From Bilabrum cf. latius (Eukaryota), in contig OZ237764.1 of the NCBI GenBank assembly GCA_965178125.1, positions 372,001 to 436,000 of the forward strand: DNA of 64,000 nt, given 5' to 3'. This document shows, piece by piece, positions 46,301 to 57,068 of the stretch (the stretch's first letter is position 1; each line of letters starts with the position of its first letter). The notes beneath the pieces were generated by a model. It was not told the DNA's origin. It saw only the letters and a list, made by a program, of their open reading frames with translations, and ran no database searches. The position numbers were made by a program, and so were the translations under genes.

Positions 46301-49300
46301 AGGATGGAGCATGCACTGGAGATTGTGCTGCTCTGCTTGCCGTCAGTGCAATTCGATTCCGGTCCGTGAGTGACCAGAAGCGCGGCGCGGTGTTTATCCT
46401 GGCCCTGAATGCTTCAGGGTATGTGCTGTAGACGCAGGTGATCGACGCGGCTGACGGGGCGCCAATCCGCAGCCTGCTCCCGCTGCAGCAAGGTGAAACT
46501 ATGCGAGATTTTGGGAAGGCATTGGCTTGGCTGGACGACGCAGACGGCAACGGATGGCATGAGCTCGCTATATCCTATCTTCCGGTGAAGGCTGGACCCA
46601 AAGCAGGGGTCGTGGCTGTCGCAGCGCGAGGAGCTGGGGTGAGCGACATTCCAGGCGGCATCTCTGGGGTGACAATTCTGAACTCAACGACGGTACCGGG
46701 CCTCGATGCCCCGCTTTCATCGTTTGGGACCAGCCTCTCGAGGATTGGAGACCCATTAGGTTGCGATGGGTACGGCTTGCTTGTGGGCCGAAATGATTGC
46801 CCGGCCAGCTACTCGGGCGACGCCGGGGTGGTTGCGATCATAGGATTGGATCGCAGCACAGGCGCAGTAGTGCACCACAGCAACATCACGACTGAGTGCT
46901 GCAGGCATAATGCAACCGGAAATCCCTACATGTCGTAGGCTGGCGGCCCTAGATTTGGAAACTCTGTAGCAGTTGGCAATTTTTCCGGCTGCCACGAGCC
47001 ACAGATTGCCGTGGGTGCGCCCACGTTCCGAATGGCCCGGACAACCACGAAATCTGGGGCAATCTTTTTGTTAGGTACCAACCGTGGACACTCTTCGATG
47101 GATTGTTTTGCAGCTGGTACTGCCGGTGTGCTGCTGCCGTCAAGCTAGCCCATGGTGCCACCGAGCCCCAGCCCCAGTACCAGCCACAGCATGTCCCCAT
47201 CAGTTTCACCGTCCCCATCTGCATCCGAGGACAGCATTCCATGCGTGAATGCCAGTTTGGTGGGCTCAGCTTACGTGTCCACCGGCCAGCACTCCCCTAC
47301 CATCACTAGATACTCGGGATACTCGGGGCTGTCCCGGGGCATGTTCGGCTTCTCAATGGCATCGATCGGCGACCTGGATCTGGACGGACACGAGCGTGAA
47401 ATGGCCGTGGGAGCCCCACGAGAAGATAGGGTGGTTATTTTGTGGCTCGATGCAGGAGGCTCGTACGTGGAGCACGCGATGTTAGGACCAGACGCCGGGA
47501 TGCCTTCCGGTGGAGCTGATAAGAATCCGGTGGAGTCCTCCGAATTTGGTGGGTCCATCGCTTTCATCGATTAGTTGATCCAATACCCTGCAGCGAGCTT
47601 TGCAGGCATGCCTTCGGTTCGTATTGCAGTTGGAGCAAGCAAGGACAGAACGAGGGGCAACAGGCGGGGCGCGGTAATCGTGATTGACCTTGCATCCAAC
47701 GGAACGGTTGCGGGTTTCTCTAAGATCGCAGATGGGTTGGGTCTTCCCAATGGTGAGTTGAGGAACAACCAAGGCTTTGGAAAGGCGCTCGGGACAGTCG
47801 ATGTGAACATGGACGGTGCCAATGAGCTCATGGTCAGCGCGTCTCCCCCGAGTGGCACGCAGCACGAGCTCGTGTACGTCGTCTGGCTTGACGCGGTCAA
47901 CGGCACCTATGCTGATCACATCGTGCTTGGGCCTGGTCGCAACGGACTGAGTTCATTCTGGTTCGATCACCAGGACCACACTGGGCTGCGAGGCGGGCTT
48001 GCTGGCCTTAGCGAGCTGACGACTTTCGCTAACAGTGGGCATGCGTGGGTCGCTTTTGGAAGCGCGTTCTACAAGGCAAAGAATGAGCACACGTCGCGCG
48101 AAGAAGTTGGCGGTCTCCTCATCGTTTAGCTCAATGGCACGGGTCACGCTGTTGGTGACCACCTGCTGTCCGACGGACTGGGGGGGATACCCGCTGGAAC
48201 CATCAAGAGCAGGCATGAGATTGGGTGGGCCACCGTTGAGCTGGGTGACATCAGCGGAGATGGATACCCCGCCATTGCGGTCTCTGGTGATGGCACAGAA
48301 TCGGAAGGAATAGTCGAGGGTGCTGTGTATGTGCTTGAAATGGATGCTAGCGGTCACGTGCGGGAGGTTCTGGGAGTGATCGGGAACGGTCTTCCTGGCG
48401 GGTTTAGTGGTGACACCGTGCCGGAGGCTGCGTGGTGGGGTCGCTCTATGGCGCAGCTGCCCGGTTTACGTGTACGCTCTACTCAAGAGCAGAGCCTTAC
48501 GCTGCTTGTCGGCGCAGCCAAAGCTGACCTTGGCACGAACGATGATGGAGCGGTGTACGGTTTCAAGGTGCAGACAGCCGCATGCTTGCTGCTGCCAACC
48601 TCAACACCGACCGCTACAGCGAGTGCAGCAGTCAGTCAGTCTGCGTCAGCATCGCCGACTTCCACGGCCAGCTCCAGTCCTAGTCCAAGCACGACTGATA
48701 GCACAAGTCCAATGGCCAGCCCAAGCGCCAGTGCAACTCCAAGCGCAACAAGCAGCCCCGACAATATTTCTAGTACCACATCGCCAGGATCCAAAGAAGT
48801 AACATCCAGCCCCTCGCCGCCGATGGTACCCACCAGCTCACCGACTGCCACACCGAGTGTGACTCCGCTGCCCACGCAGGGATCAGTCGCGATCGCGCGA
48901 GCCAATGTAACCGGCGCGATGCAGTTCGCGATAGCTGGTGCCGATGGAATAATTTCCGGCAACAGGACCGCGATCTAGCTGCTGCAGATATCGAGCGGCC
49001 GGGCTCTGCTAGCGGTGCTTGGCCTGCCCTTGTCTGGGACTGTGCCACGACTGGGGGTCGTGTGGTCGGGCGGCCGACTTAGCTACCAGACCGGCGCTGT
49101 CGTGGTGATGTCTTTGGCGGCTGTTGGAGACCAGTCTGCCGACAGCGAGGCATCGTCTTCGCAGTTGCTGCAATCGCTAGGGATACGGCGAGACCTCCCA
49201 ACCACTACAACTAGGACCACCGGAGGTGACGCAATGGCTCCGACGGGGACGAGGCGGCTGCAAGATCGGGACACCGTGGGCACCGTGCTGCAAAATAAGA

Positions 49301-50547
49301 CCTCGAGCGTCGTGACGACTGCGTTTGCCCTTGAGGTCCGTCTGGCGATGCAGCGCGCTGATTCAGTGACCTAGTCGTCAAGCCAAGACTCGTGGGACAC
49401 CGGCTGGATTGCTTCTGTGCTCACGGCTGCAGCTCAAAGTGGCAGTGGTGCCCCATCAGATGTGGCAGATGCCTTGCAAAACAGCATCGCAACATCACTG
49501 GACAACGCCACCGCGCTTGAGGCGGGGTAGTAGGAGCTTGCGCGAAGCTTGAGCCATTCTGGACTGGGGACTTTGGATGCATCGTTTTCTTAGGGAGGCG
49601 GGTCGTCTCGCGGTTTTATATCCGACACGTCGATGGGTTGGCAGGTCCTCTCACCGGATGGCGCCGTGTACGTGCCCCCAGGTGAGAACGAATATGGCAG
49701 CACAAGTCAGGACGATGAGGACGGGGTCGCGCCATTCGGCTTCTCCAATAGCAATGGATTGAGCGGGCATCAGTCTACTATTCTGACCGTGGTAGTGGGC
49801 GTGTTGAGTGCCGTGCTTGTCCTCGCTTTCATTGCCGGGCTCGTGGCGTACGCTCGGCATGTGGCGACTGGGGCAGACCACGAAGACGACGAAGATGAAC
49901 AAAATAAAAGCAGAAGGAGCACAGCGCAGGTGATGCCGATCGGATTTCCAGATGGGGTGCATGAGCTAGGGGCCAATGGGATGTACAGCGATGACGCGCG
50001 TTCAGGCTTTGGTGCGGACACGGCGGAGCAAGGCGAAGGAGCAGAGGAGGAGGAAGAGGTTACCATGGATGATGCGATCGGACCGCCTGAGGCACTTTCC
50101 AGTCACACGGGATCGCGGGCGGCAGGCCACGCCAGTCATGCACCCGATCAACTCAAGCAAGATGGCTTGACCGCTAAAGCCGGGAAATGCGGCTCCGCTC
50201 GGATGGCAAGACCTGTGACAGCGGTTGGGGCTGGTCTTGAAGCAAAAGAAAAGTTCGAATGCGCTACAACAGGCGGCAACTTAAGAGTAGGAAATGACGG
50301 GTAGGTTGGACCAGAAACGATGGCTTCGCTTTGGACGGGACATTTGGCACACGGCCTATAGAACGGGACGCGTGCGGAAGCTCAAAGTCTGGCGCGTGCC
50401 TTCGGTGCCGATTCCTCCAGGTCGCATGGCATGGCAGCGCACGGGGGCGACGACCCAAATGACACTGTTGACGAAGTGCACCGCATGGTGATGGAAGTAG
50501 CCACCGGCTTGGATGACCCTGAAGGCGAGGCAGACAGCCTGTAGTGA
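43306..50547 (+). CDS. Large single-pass surface protein with FG-GAP (integrin-alpha-like beta-propeller) repeats and mucin-like stalks (~2413 aa)
   Basis: Eleven track ORFs between 43834 and 50304 share one frame, with about 25 TAGs and no TAA/TGA. Signal peptide; repeated FG..AG.GDVDGSGTDDLL and GDLDLDG..AVGAP; S/T/P tracts; TM helix ILTVVVGVLSAVLVLAFIAGLVAYA. Ends CTG TAG TGA. Confidence 0.85.
44185..44283 (+). repeat. Coding hexamer microsatellites (ccgtct)n and (gccagt)n encoding a PSPSPS / ASASAS linker
   Basis: Perfect hexamer arrays visible in the sequence. Confidence 0.85.
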
Positions 50548-50651
50548 CCAATACTGGCATGGGCCGACCCAGTTGCGTCAAACATGCAGAGATTTGCTTG
50601 GACGCAGCTCTCTGTACTATCCACTGTAATTTTAAAAAATGAGTATCATTA

Positions 50652-53600
50652 TCACGCGAGAACCCCAAGAATGGCCCCGAGATCATCCCCGCTCACGGCA
50701 GCAAGTCCAGTGATGGATTCCCTTGCGTTGTAGATCGCAGTAAGTGCTGCCCTGGCGCATTGCTTGGTCTTTCCGGTGGATGACTGCAGATGATGCATAA
50801 GCCGGAGCACCGAGCCTGCGTCAACTACTTGCTGCTGGACGTCTATGCACCCCTTGAGTAGATGGCCAACTGTCTCAATTGCTAGCTGAACCTGCCACCC
50901 CTTGTCAAGGTCCATCAGGCGGACGAGCTCTGCAGGCCAGCCAGCGTACACCAGGGATTTCTTGCACTCATTGTCCCCTTGAGAAGCCATGCTCGCAAAA
51001 TACAATGCATAACGAGCCGGATAACCATGTGATGATCGAACCAGCGGAAGGAGTACACGCGCTGCACCGGCTCGGACGCACGCTAGCTTACACTACAGTG
51101 CTCCGCACGCGATATTGTGCAAAACGTAAACCGCTTCGCCAGCAGAAAAAGAATTTGATCTCGCTGCCATTGTCACCAGCTTTGGGATCAGCCCGCTTTC
51201 TAGGGTTCTGTTGCGTACAGCTGCGTAGTTGGAGACCAAGAACCCGACTGCCTAAACAATGAGTGGGGCCTGTATCAGGTCCGCTGCCATGTGCCGCCCT
51301 AAAGCCTCATAACACTTGCACTCAAGTAAGAGGGACCTATTACCTCCTTTGTTGATCAGCCAATGCATTAGTTGCCCTGCACTTTGTGCCTCGTCAGCGT
51401 CCTGTGAGTGCATCATGCGCACTACTGCTTGGACGACACGGCTGCGCATTGCACGGCGGACGAATTCTGGCCTCAGGATGAACAGATGAACCAGCACCGT
51501 AGCGGCCACTGCTGGTCCAACAAGCTGTTTGGAAGAATACGCACGCTCCTCAATCGAGCGAATGAGACTGTCAACAAGTCTTGCTCCATCTGCGCTACCT
51601 CCTGCCACGGCCAGAAGTGCCTCAAGTGAGCCTGTTAGGACGGCCCATGACTTTGGCGGGAGTTCGCTACCGAATGGCTCCATCACACCCATTCGCACCC
51701 TGTAGCAAAGCTTCATCAACGACACCGAGTCTTTTTCCCTCTTGTGCTCATCCACCAGCCCAAGCAAATGGGCTGCAGCACGGTCGCAGTCCTTCCCGCC
51801 GGCATGCAGCGCAGGCAGCATGGGATGGACCAGCTTAGCGATGTGGCACTCCATTTTCCACTTCTGCATGCGAGCAATGTCACGGTCCATCGTAGCCAGC
51901 ATATCTGGGATGGACAGTCGAAACTGTGCATGGGGACACATGAGCCCCTCAATGGCTCGCTGCAGCCAGACCGGCCTAGGCTTGAGCCGCTTGTGCCAGT
52001 GTACGATCCTAGCTCGTCTGTCAGATGCATCATGCTGGTCTCTTTCGACCATGTACCAGAATGGGTGCTTGCCACCAGTGGCCAGCTAGTGCAAAATGAC
52101 GCCCAGATACCATGCAGCGGCTTGTTCTGCCGATTCAGGGTCTAGTTCGTCCTGCACGGTATCGCTGGATTCAGGAGATACGGCAATACGCTCGGATGGC
52201 GGCGACTCACCGTCTAGTGCCATCTTGGCAGCATCAATAGCCAACTGGTCAGACTTGCTGTCATCAGAGCCCCCATCGTCTGCGGAGTCTGCGCCGTGGA
52301 CTGACCTGACAGAGCCTGGGCTGCCGGTCCTTGACCCACCGCTGCTCCCAGCTCCACTGGCGGCTTCTGGCAGGTCATCTTCGCTGTCGGTCTCCAATGA
52401 GCTACTGGCACTAGTAACACTGATACTGCTGCTAGAGCTACTTGAGGGACCACCACTGCCAAATACAACGTCATGCAATGGCCTGCCGCAGCACAGCTGT
52501 TCAAGTGAAGGCACCACCATGGCCCGCCCGATCCCCTCCGGCCCTGCACTCGAGTCCCAAACAACATTCTGCATCGTCAGCGGTCCCTGCATTCCTGCAT
52601 GTCGCACCAGGTGCATGATCCCGCTGGCGATATCTCTGATGACCACCTCCAGCACATCGTCCGGAATCCCATCGGCGGCTCCCTACAGGTCGATAACTCT
52701 GCTGTGGAGAGTGGCATCGAAGGGGCCGAGCACGAGAGCATGAAACTAGCGAGGGACATACTTAGGACGATGATGGTCGCATGATGCTAGATCGCGGCGC
52801 TCTGGTGCCGAGTCTTGGCTCGTGTGGTTTTGGAGAGGCAGTAGGTGCTAAGCCCAGGGTGGCAGGGCGTGCTTGCCTTGGAAGGCCACGGGACACACGT
52901 TTGGATGCAGGGGCAGCACGCCTGGTGCCATGTAGGAACCATCTACATGCAAAAAAGACTTGGTGGGCTCGCCCTGGGACTTTTCGCATCGGAAGTCGAA
53001 TACGTACTGCCTGGCTTGCCTCGCTTTGGAAGCCTCCGGCTTATCGGTCATATCCCAGATGTGGCCTACTGCCACGAGTTTGCTTTCACATGCATGGAGT
53101 GTTGTTTCAAGCTCAGATCGATGAATTCCAAGCAAGTCATGCTCAACCTTTGCATTGGCCAGTTCCGGCACATCTCGGTTCTGGCACATCCCAGTAGTGG
53201 TGGTCGTTGTACTAGATCTACCGCATGTCGTCCATTTGCAAGATACACATCCACGTTGCTTAGCAGTAACCGATTTCATAGCAATCCCTTGACCTGATTG
53301 CAGTGCCTACCGCGATGTGTCTACTACCGCGGTAAGTGCTGAACCCTGCGACTAGATCTACTGAAGACCAACACTTGCTTGGACTAAACCGGAACTTGAA
53401 TCGGCGGCATTGTGTCGCCCAGCCAAGATTTCCAGTGCAATTTACCCGTATAGGCCATCCATATGGAATCCGTAATTCCCAGTACAGCACTCTGTCCTGG
53501 TCGCAGTCTGCCACAGTTGCCTCTAGGCCTAGTCTTTCTCTTTGCTCACGAGAGCAGGGTAGCCAGCGTGTCATCTTCGAATCGCGCCCCACAACGGCAA

Positions 53601-53688
53601 GCGCGACACGGAACAGCCTGAACACTTGTTTAAAGTTCCTGCAAGGTATAGTCGTCCTACGATTGGTAAAGGCCCGTTCGACACCCAT
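50652..53688 (-). CDS. Pseudokinase-domain plus armadillo-repeat protein (probable intron ~53445-53346; 5' end uncertain)
   Basis: LPLHPNV, IRDIASGIMHL, AWYLGVILH*LATGGKHPF and AIEGLMCPHAQFRLS are degenerate kinase subdomains with no HRD or DFG. ARM-like repeats follow (VVDAGSVLRLMHHL..ARAALTAI). TAG-linked frame; ends in TGA. Confidence 0.62.
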
Positions 53689-54001
53689 GCTTTGGTCCGC
53701 ATCTCGCGACAGTTCCAATTCCGGTTTTTCGGGCGGTGACGGTCTCAGGACGTCCCGGGGCGCAGCTACCTCGATTTGAATATTCAGAATTTTTAGGGTT
53801 CAGTAGTATTTATCTGCCGGTCGCTCCGCTGTAGTTAACCATCGAGTGCGATTCAGTGTTCTTCTTCGCGGTATGTCAAGTTTCAAGGCTGCAATGGTGA
53901 GGTGGCACAATAAAGCATTGCCTGGTCCTATCTGGTAAGTGGTTCTAATTGTTTTTTTAATGTATATTGTTCATATGTGTACGCAGGAACAAGACGCAGA
54001 G

Positions 54002-55804
54002 ATGCCTGCGGCAGCGAATACTTCAGGAGCAGCCTCAAGGCCACCAAAGCGTGGAGCGCCCTCGCAAGGTAAAGGCACCTCACCCAAGAAGCGGCGCAAG
54101 TCGCGCAGCAAAATTCCACCGATCCCAACATTGAAATATACTCCGGGGACCAGCGAGCCATCTTCGTCCCCACACGCGTTCCAGGCCACCTTGCAAGGCC
54201 GGAAGCTTGAACTGCGAGAGGCCGAGGCCGCGGCAAAACAATCGATTCGAATGGGATACTGGAATGTTAATGGAATTCGGTCGTTTTTGAAGCGATCCAT
54301 AGGGAGCACGTCGTCCTCTAAGGCCGCTGCGGCTCCAAAGGCTTCTATAGGCGGTGCCAATGAAGCTGCTAGTGCTGGGGCAAGCTCAGGCCCTGCAGTC
54401 GCCGAGACGGGTAACAAAGTCCCGACGGCAATCAAGGAAACCGATGCATCGGGCCGCGCCTGGCTGCACGCCTGGACCGCTGGAGACGACCTGGACGTGG
54501 TTGCGCTAGCAGAAACCAAGATCGACGACGAGGCTAGGAAGAAGGAGCCGCTCCTGCACAGCAGTGCGATGCTACCAGGGCATACGATCCGGCTGTGGGC
54601 GTGCACGGCCCCGGAGAGGAAGAGAGGGTACGCGGGTGTGGCCGTGTTCATCCGAGACAGGCCCCACTGCCGGCCGATCCGCGTGCTCCGAGGCGTGGAC
54701 GATCCCACTTTAGACCTGGAGGGGAGGGTGCTAGCCGTTGAGTTTGAGGACTGCTGGGTCATGTTCTGCTACATCATGAATTCTGGGATGAAGCTAGAGC
54801 GGCTAGAGCTGAGGACGGAGACGTTCGATCCTGCATTCCGAAGGAGGGTTCGCCAGCTTCAGGAAGGAACGTTCCCCGAAACAGATGACGAGTGTGCCTT
54901 CGTCCCGGAGAAAGAACCTTCGCTGGAAGAAATGAAAGCCGCTGGCAAGAAGAAGGGGAGGAAGAAGCCCGAAGGCAAGGCCAAGGCTGGTGCCGGTGCT
55001 GCATCGGGCACGCTCGATGCCTTCATGAAAGCGGGCGCCGCAACGTCCTCCTCCTCATCCTCCTCCTCGTCCTCATCCTCGTCATCAGCTGCTGCCACTG
55101 AATCGGTTGCTCCTGCTGCTCTGCCTGCCCGCCGCCCCAAGCCGGTGGTGGTCGTGGGCGACCTGAACGTGGCTCACCTGCAGTACGACATATACCACCC
55201 CAATGTAGCACGCAACAAACGACCCGGATTCAGCGACTCGGAGCGGAAAAACTTCGCCCTGATGCTGGAAGAGAACGGCCTGGCAGACCCTTGGCGCCGC
55301 ATGCACCCAGGCCTGCAGCAGTTCACCTACTGGGGCATGATGGGACCGAGGAGGGAGAGGAACGAGGGCTGGAGGCTGGACTACGTGCTGGTTCCGCAGC
55401 AATGGGTGCGCGGCGCCGGCGTATCGGCGGCTGCCACATCAAACGGGGCAAAGGATGGGCCTAGCTCGGGCGCAGGATCAGGTGCTGCTGGTGCTGCTGC
55501 TGCTCCCAAAGGCTGGCACAAGCAGGGCGACTTCGGTTTGCTGGGCATGGCGCAGCAGCCCCTCGAGGCACTGCCCGACCACTTGCGCGAGGGGGCAGGG
55601 GCGGTGCAGCAGGAGTTCCAGGAGAGGGTGGCAAAAGGGGAGGAGATAGAGGCGGTGTCGGCTGAGATGGCCGAGGAGGAGGCGGTTGCAACCGCCGGGC
55701 TGGAGCTGCCGGCTGGCCCGCTTCTGGACGTTTTCGTTAGACCATCGGCGGTGGGATCGGATCACATGCCGCTCGGATTTGAGGTTGCAACCGGGCGCGG
55801 GTGA
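54002..55804 (+). CDS. APEX1: AP endonuclease / exodeoxyribonuclease III (EEP family)
   Basis: YWNVNGIR, LAETK, GYAGVAVF, EGRV, GDLNVAH, FTYWG, GWRLDY and GSDHMP. Ends in TGA. A likely intron lies upstream at ~53935-53987, so the start is uncertain. Confidence 0.9.
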   Translation: MPAAANTSGAASRPPKRGAPSQGKGTSPKKRRKSRSKIPPIPTLKYTPGTSEPSSSPHAFQATLQGRKLELREAEAAAKQSIRMGYWNVNGIRSFLKRSIGSTSSSKAAAAPKASIGGANEAASAGASSGPAVAETGNKVPTAIKETDASGRAWLHAWTAGDDLDVVALAETKIDDEARKKEPLLHSSAMLPGHTIRLWACTAPERKRGYAGVAVFIRDRPHCRPIRVLRGVDDPTLDLEGRVLAVEFEDCWVMFCYIMNSGMKLERLELRTETFDPAFRRRVRQLQEGTFPETDDECAFVPEKEPSLEEMKAAGKKKGRKKPEGKAKAGAGAASGTLDAFMKAGAATSSSSSSSSSSSSSSAAATESVAPAALPARRPKPVVVVGDLNVAHLQYDIYHPNVARNKRPGFSDSERKNFALMLEENGLADPWRRMHPGLQQFTYWGMMGPRRERNEGWRLDYVLVPQQWVRGAGVSAAATSNGAKDGPSSGAGSGAAGAAAAPKGWHKQGDFGLLGMAQQPLEALPDHLREGAGAVQQEFQERVAKGEEIEAVSAEMAEEEAVATAGLELPAGPLLDVFVRPSAVGSDHMPLGFEVATGRG

Positions 55805-55935
55805 GCGTGCAGCGCCCCATCGGATCCATCGCAAGGTGTGTGCATGACAGAACGCAACTTTTGCCCCGTGAATTGGGTGCACATCACACTAGAAACGGTC
55901 ATGAAAACAACAACATATTTGCCTTGAAGGTAACG

Positions 55936-56475
55936 TTATGTTGATTCTTTGCCTGAGGCACTCAGTGCAGCGGCTTCCACAGCTCCTGCGTCCTCCAGCG
56001 CCTCTTCCTCCCCATCCTGCTTTCCATCCTGACTATGTTTATTGGGACCACGCTGGGCCGTGGCTGCTGTTTCCATGAGCTTTCGGCTCCGACTGGACGC
56101 GTCACGCGCACGCACGATTGTAGCGATGCTGGACGCGGCGGAGCGAGCAACCCACCGAGCAGGTGCTTGGACGAGCAGGACGATCCCTGCCACGAACATA
56201 GGGACACTCAGCGTTCCCTGTGTGCAAAACGGCAGAGCAAGCAGTCGCGTCAAGCCCACTCCTGCGGCGTTTGCCGGCAACACGGCGATAGGAGTGGTCA
56301 GGAATACCAACGCAGGCACCAGCAGAGCAGCCATTTCGCCCCATGATTGGAGCACAGGAAGCAGCATCCCAAGGTCTTGTAGCTTGCTGGCATAGGGTGC
56401 GTACAATTGAGTCCAGATGTTTGCTTCGGATCCTGCGGACATTAACACACTGACATGGATCGCTGACCTAAGCAT
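55936..56475 (-). CDS. Small hypothetical membrane protein (5' exons uncertain)
   Basis: Hydrophobic segments followed by a charged tail; ends in TAA. A probable upstream exon ends at the GTAAG near 56519. Confidence 0.45.
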   Translation of the reverse strand: MLRSAIHVSVLMSAGSEANIWTQLYAPYASKLQDLGMLLPVLQSWGEMAALLVPALVFLTTPIAVLPANAAGVGLTRLLALPFCTQGTLSVPMFVAGIVLLVQAPARWVARSAASSIATIVRARDASSRSRKLMETAATAQRGPNKHSQDGKQDGEEEALEDAGAVEAAALSASGKEST

Positions 56476-57068
56476 GGATGTACAAGAGGGGCAGCAATTC
56501 GTACCTCAAACCCCCTTACCAGCGGCAATCGCCTCCTTCTGAGCTGTGGCAGCGTCCATTCTCCGTTTGAGTTTGAAATATTCAACCATTTGCCGTTTGG
56601 GACTCAGCTGTGACGGAAGAATGGAGCAAAGCTTGAGTAATTGGTAGATTGAGACCACAGGCTAGTCCTTGTCGGCGGACATGCGTGCGATTAATCTGCG
56701 CTCACATCCTCCAGTCTAGATTCTAGCACAGCTTGCAATTTGTCTACCGCAATCGATGCGTACGACTGCGACAGTGTGCGACACAACCAGTAGTTGCACT
56801 ATTTATTCAGCGCAAAGCACATGAGACAGAGCAGGGCCTTGTGCGACATCTTACCCGTTCTAGAGCAAGATTGCGCTATAATTCGCATACAATCAACACA
56901 GCCGAAACATACAATAAGATACAGGCCGCTAACCATTCCATTTGGCTGGGTATGAACGAAGTAGTTGCGACTGGAGGTTGCGACCGCCGTGCGCCGGCGA
57001 CCAACGGATCCTTGCGTGCGATAGTCTAGCCTTCACAAGTGTTCGGGCTGCACTAGTCAGCCAGTCTT

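Noticed and set aside
3300-50547. Mass pseudogenisation or RIP-like C-to-T mutation as the source of internal stops
   Set aside because: Decay or deamination would also create TAA (from CAA), TGA (from CGA) and frameshifts. None was found in multi-kb frames, and conserved genes keep their motifs.
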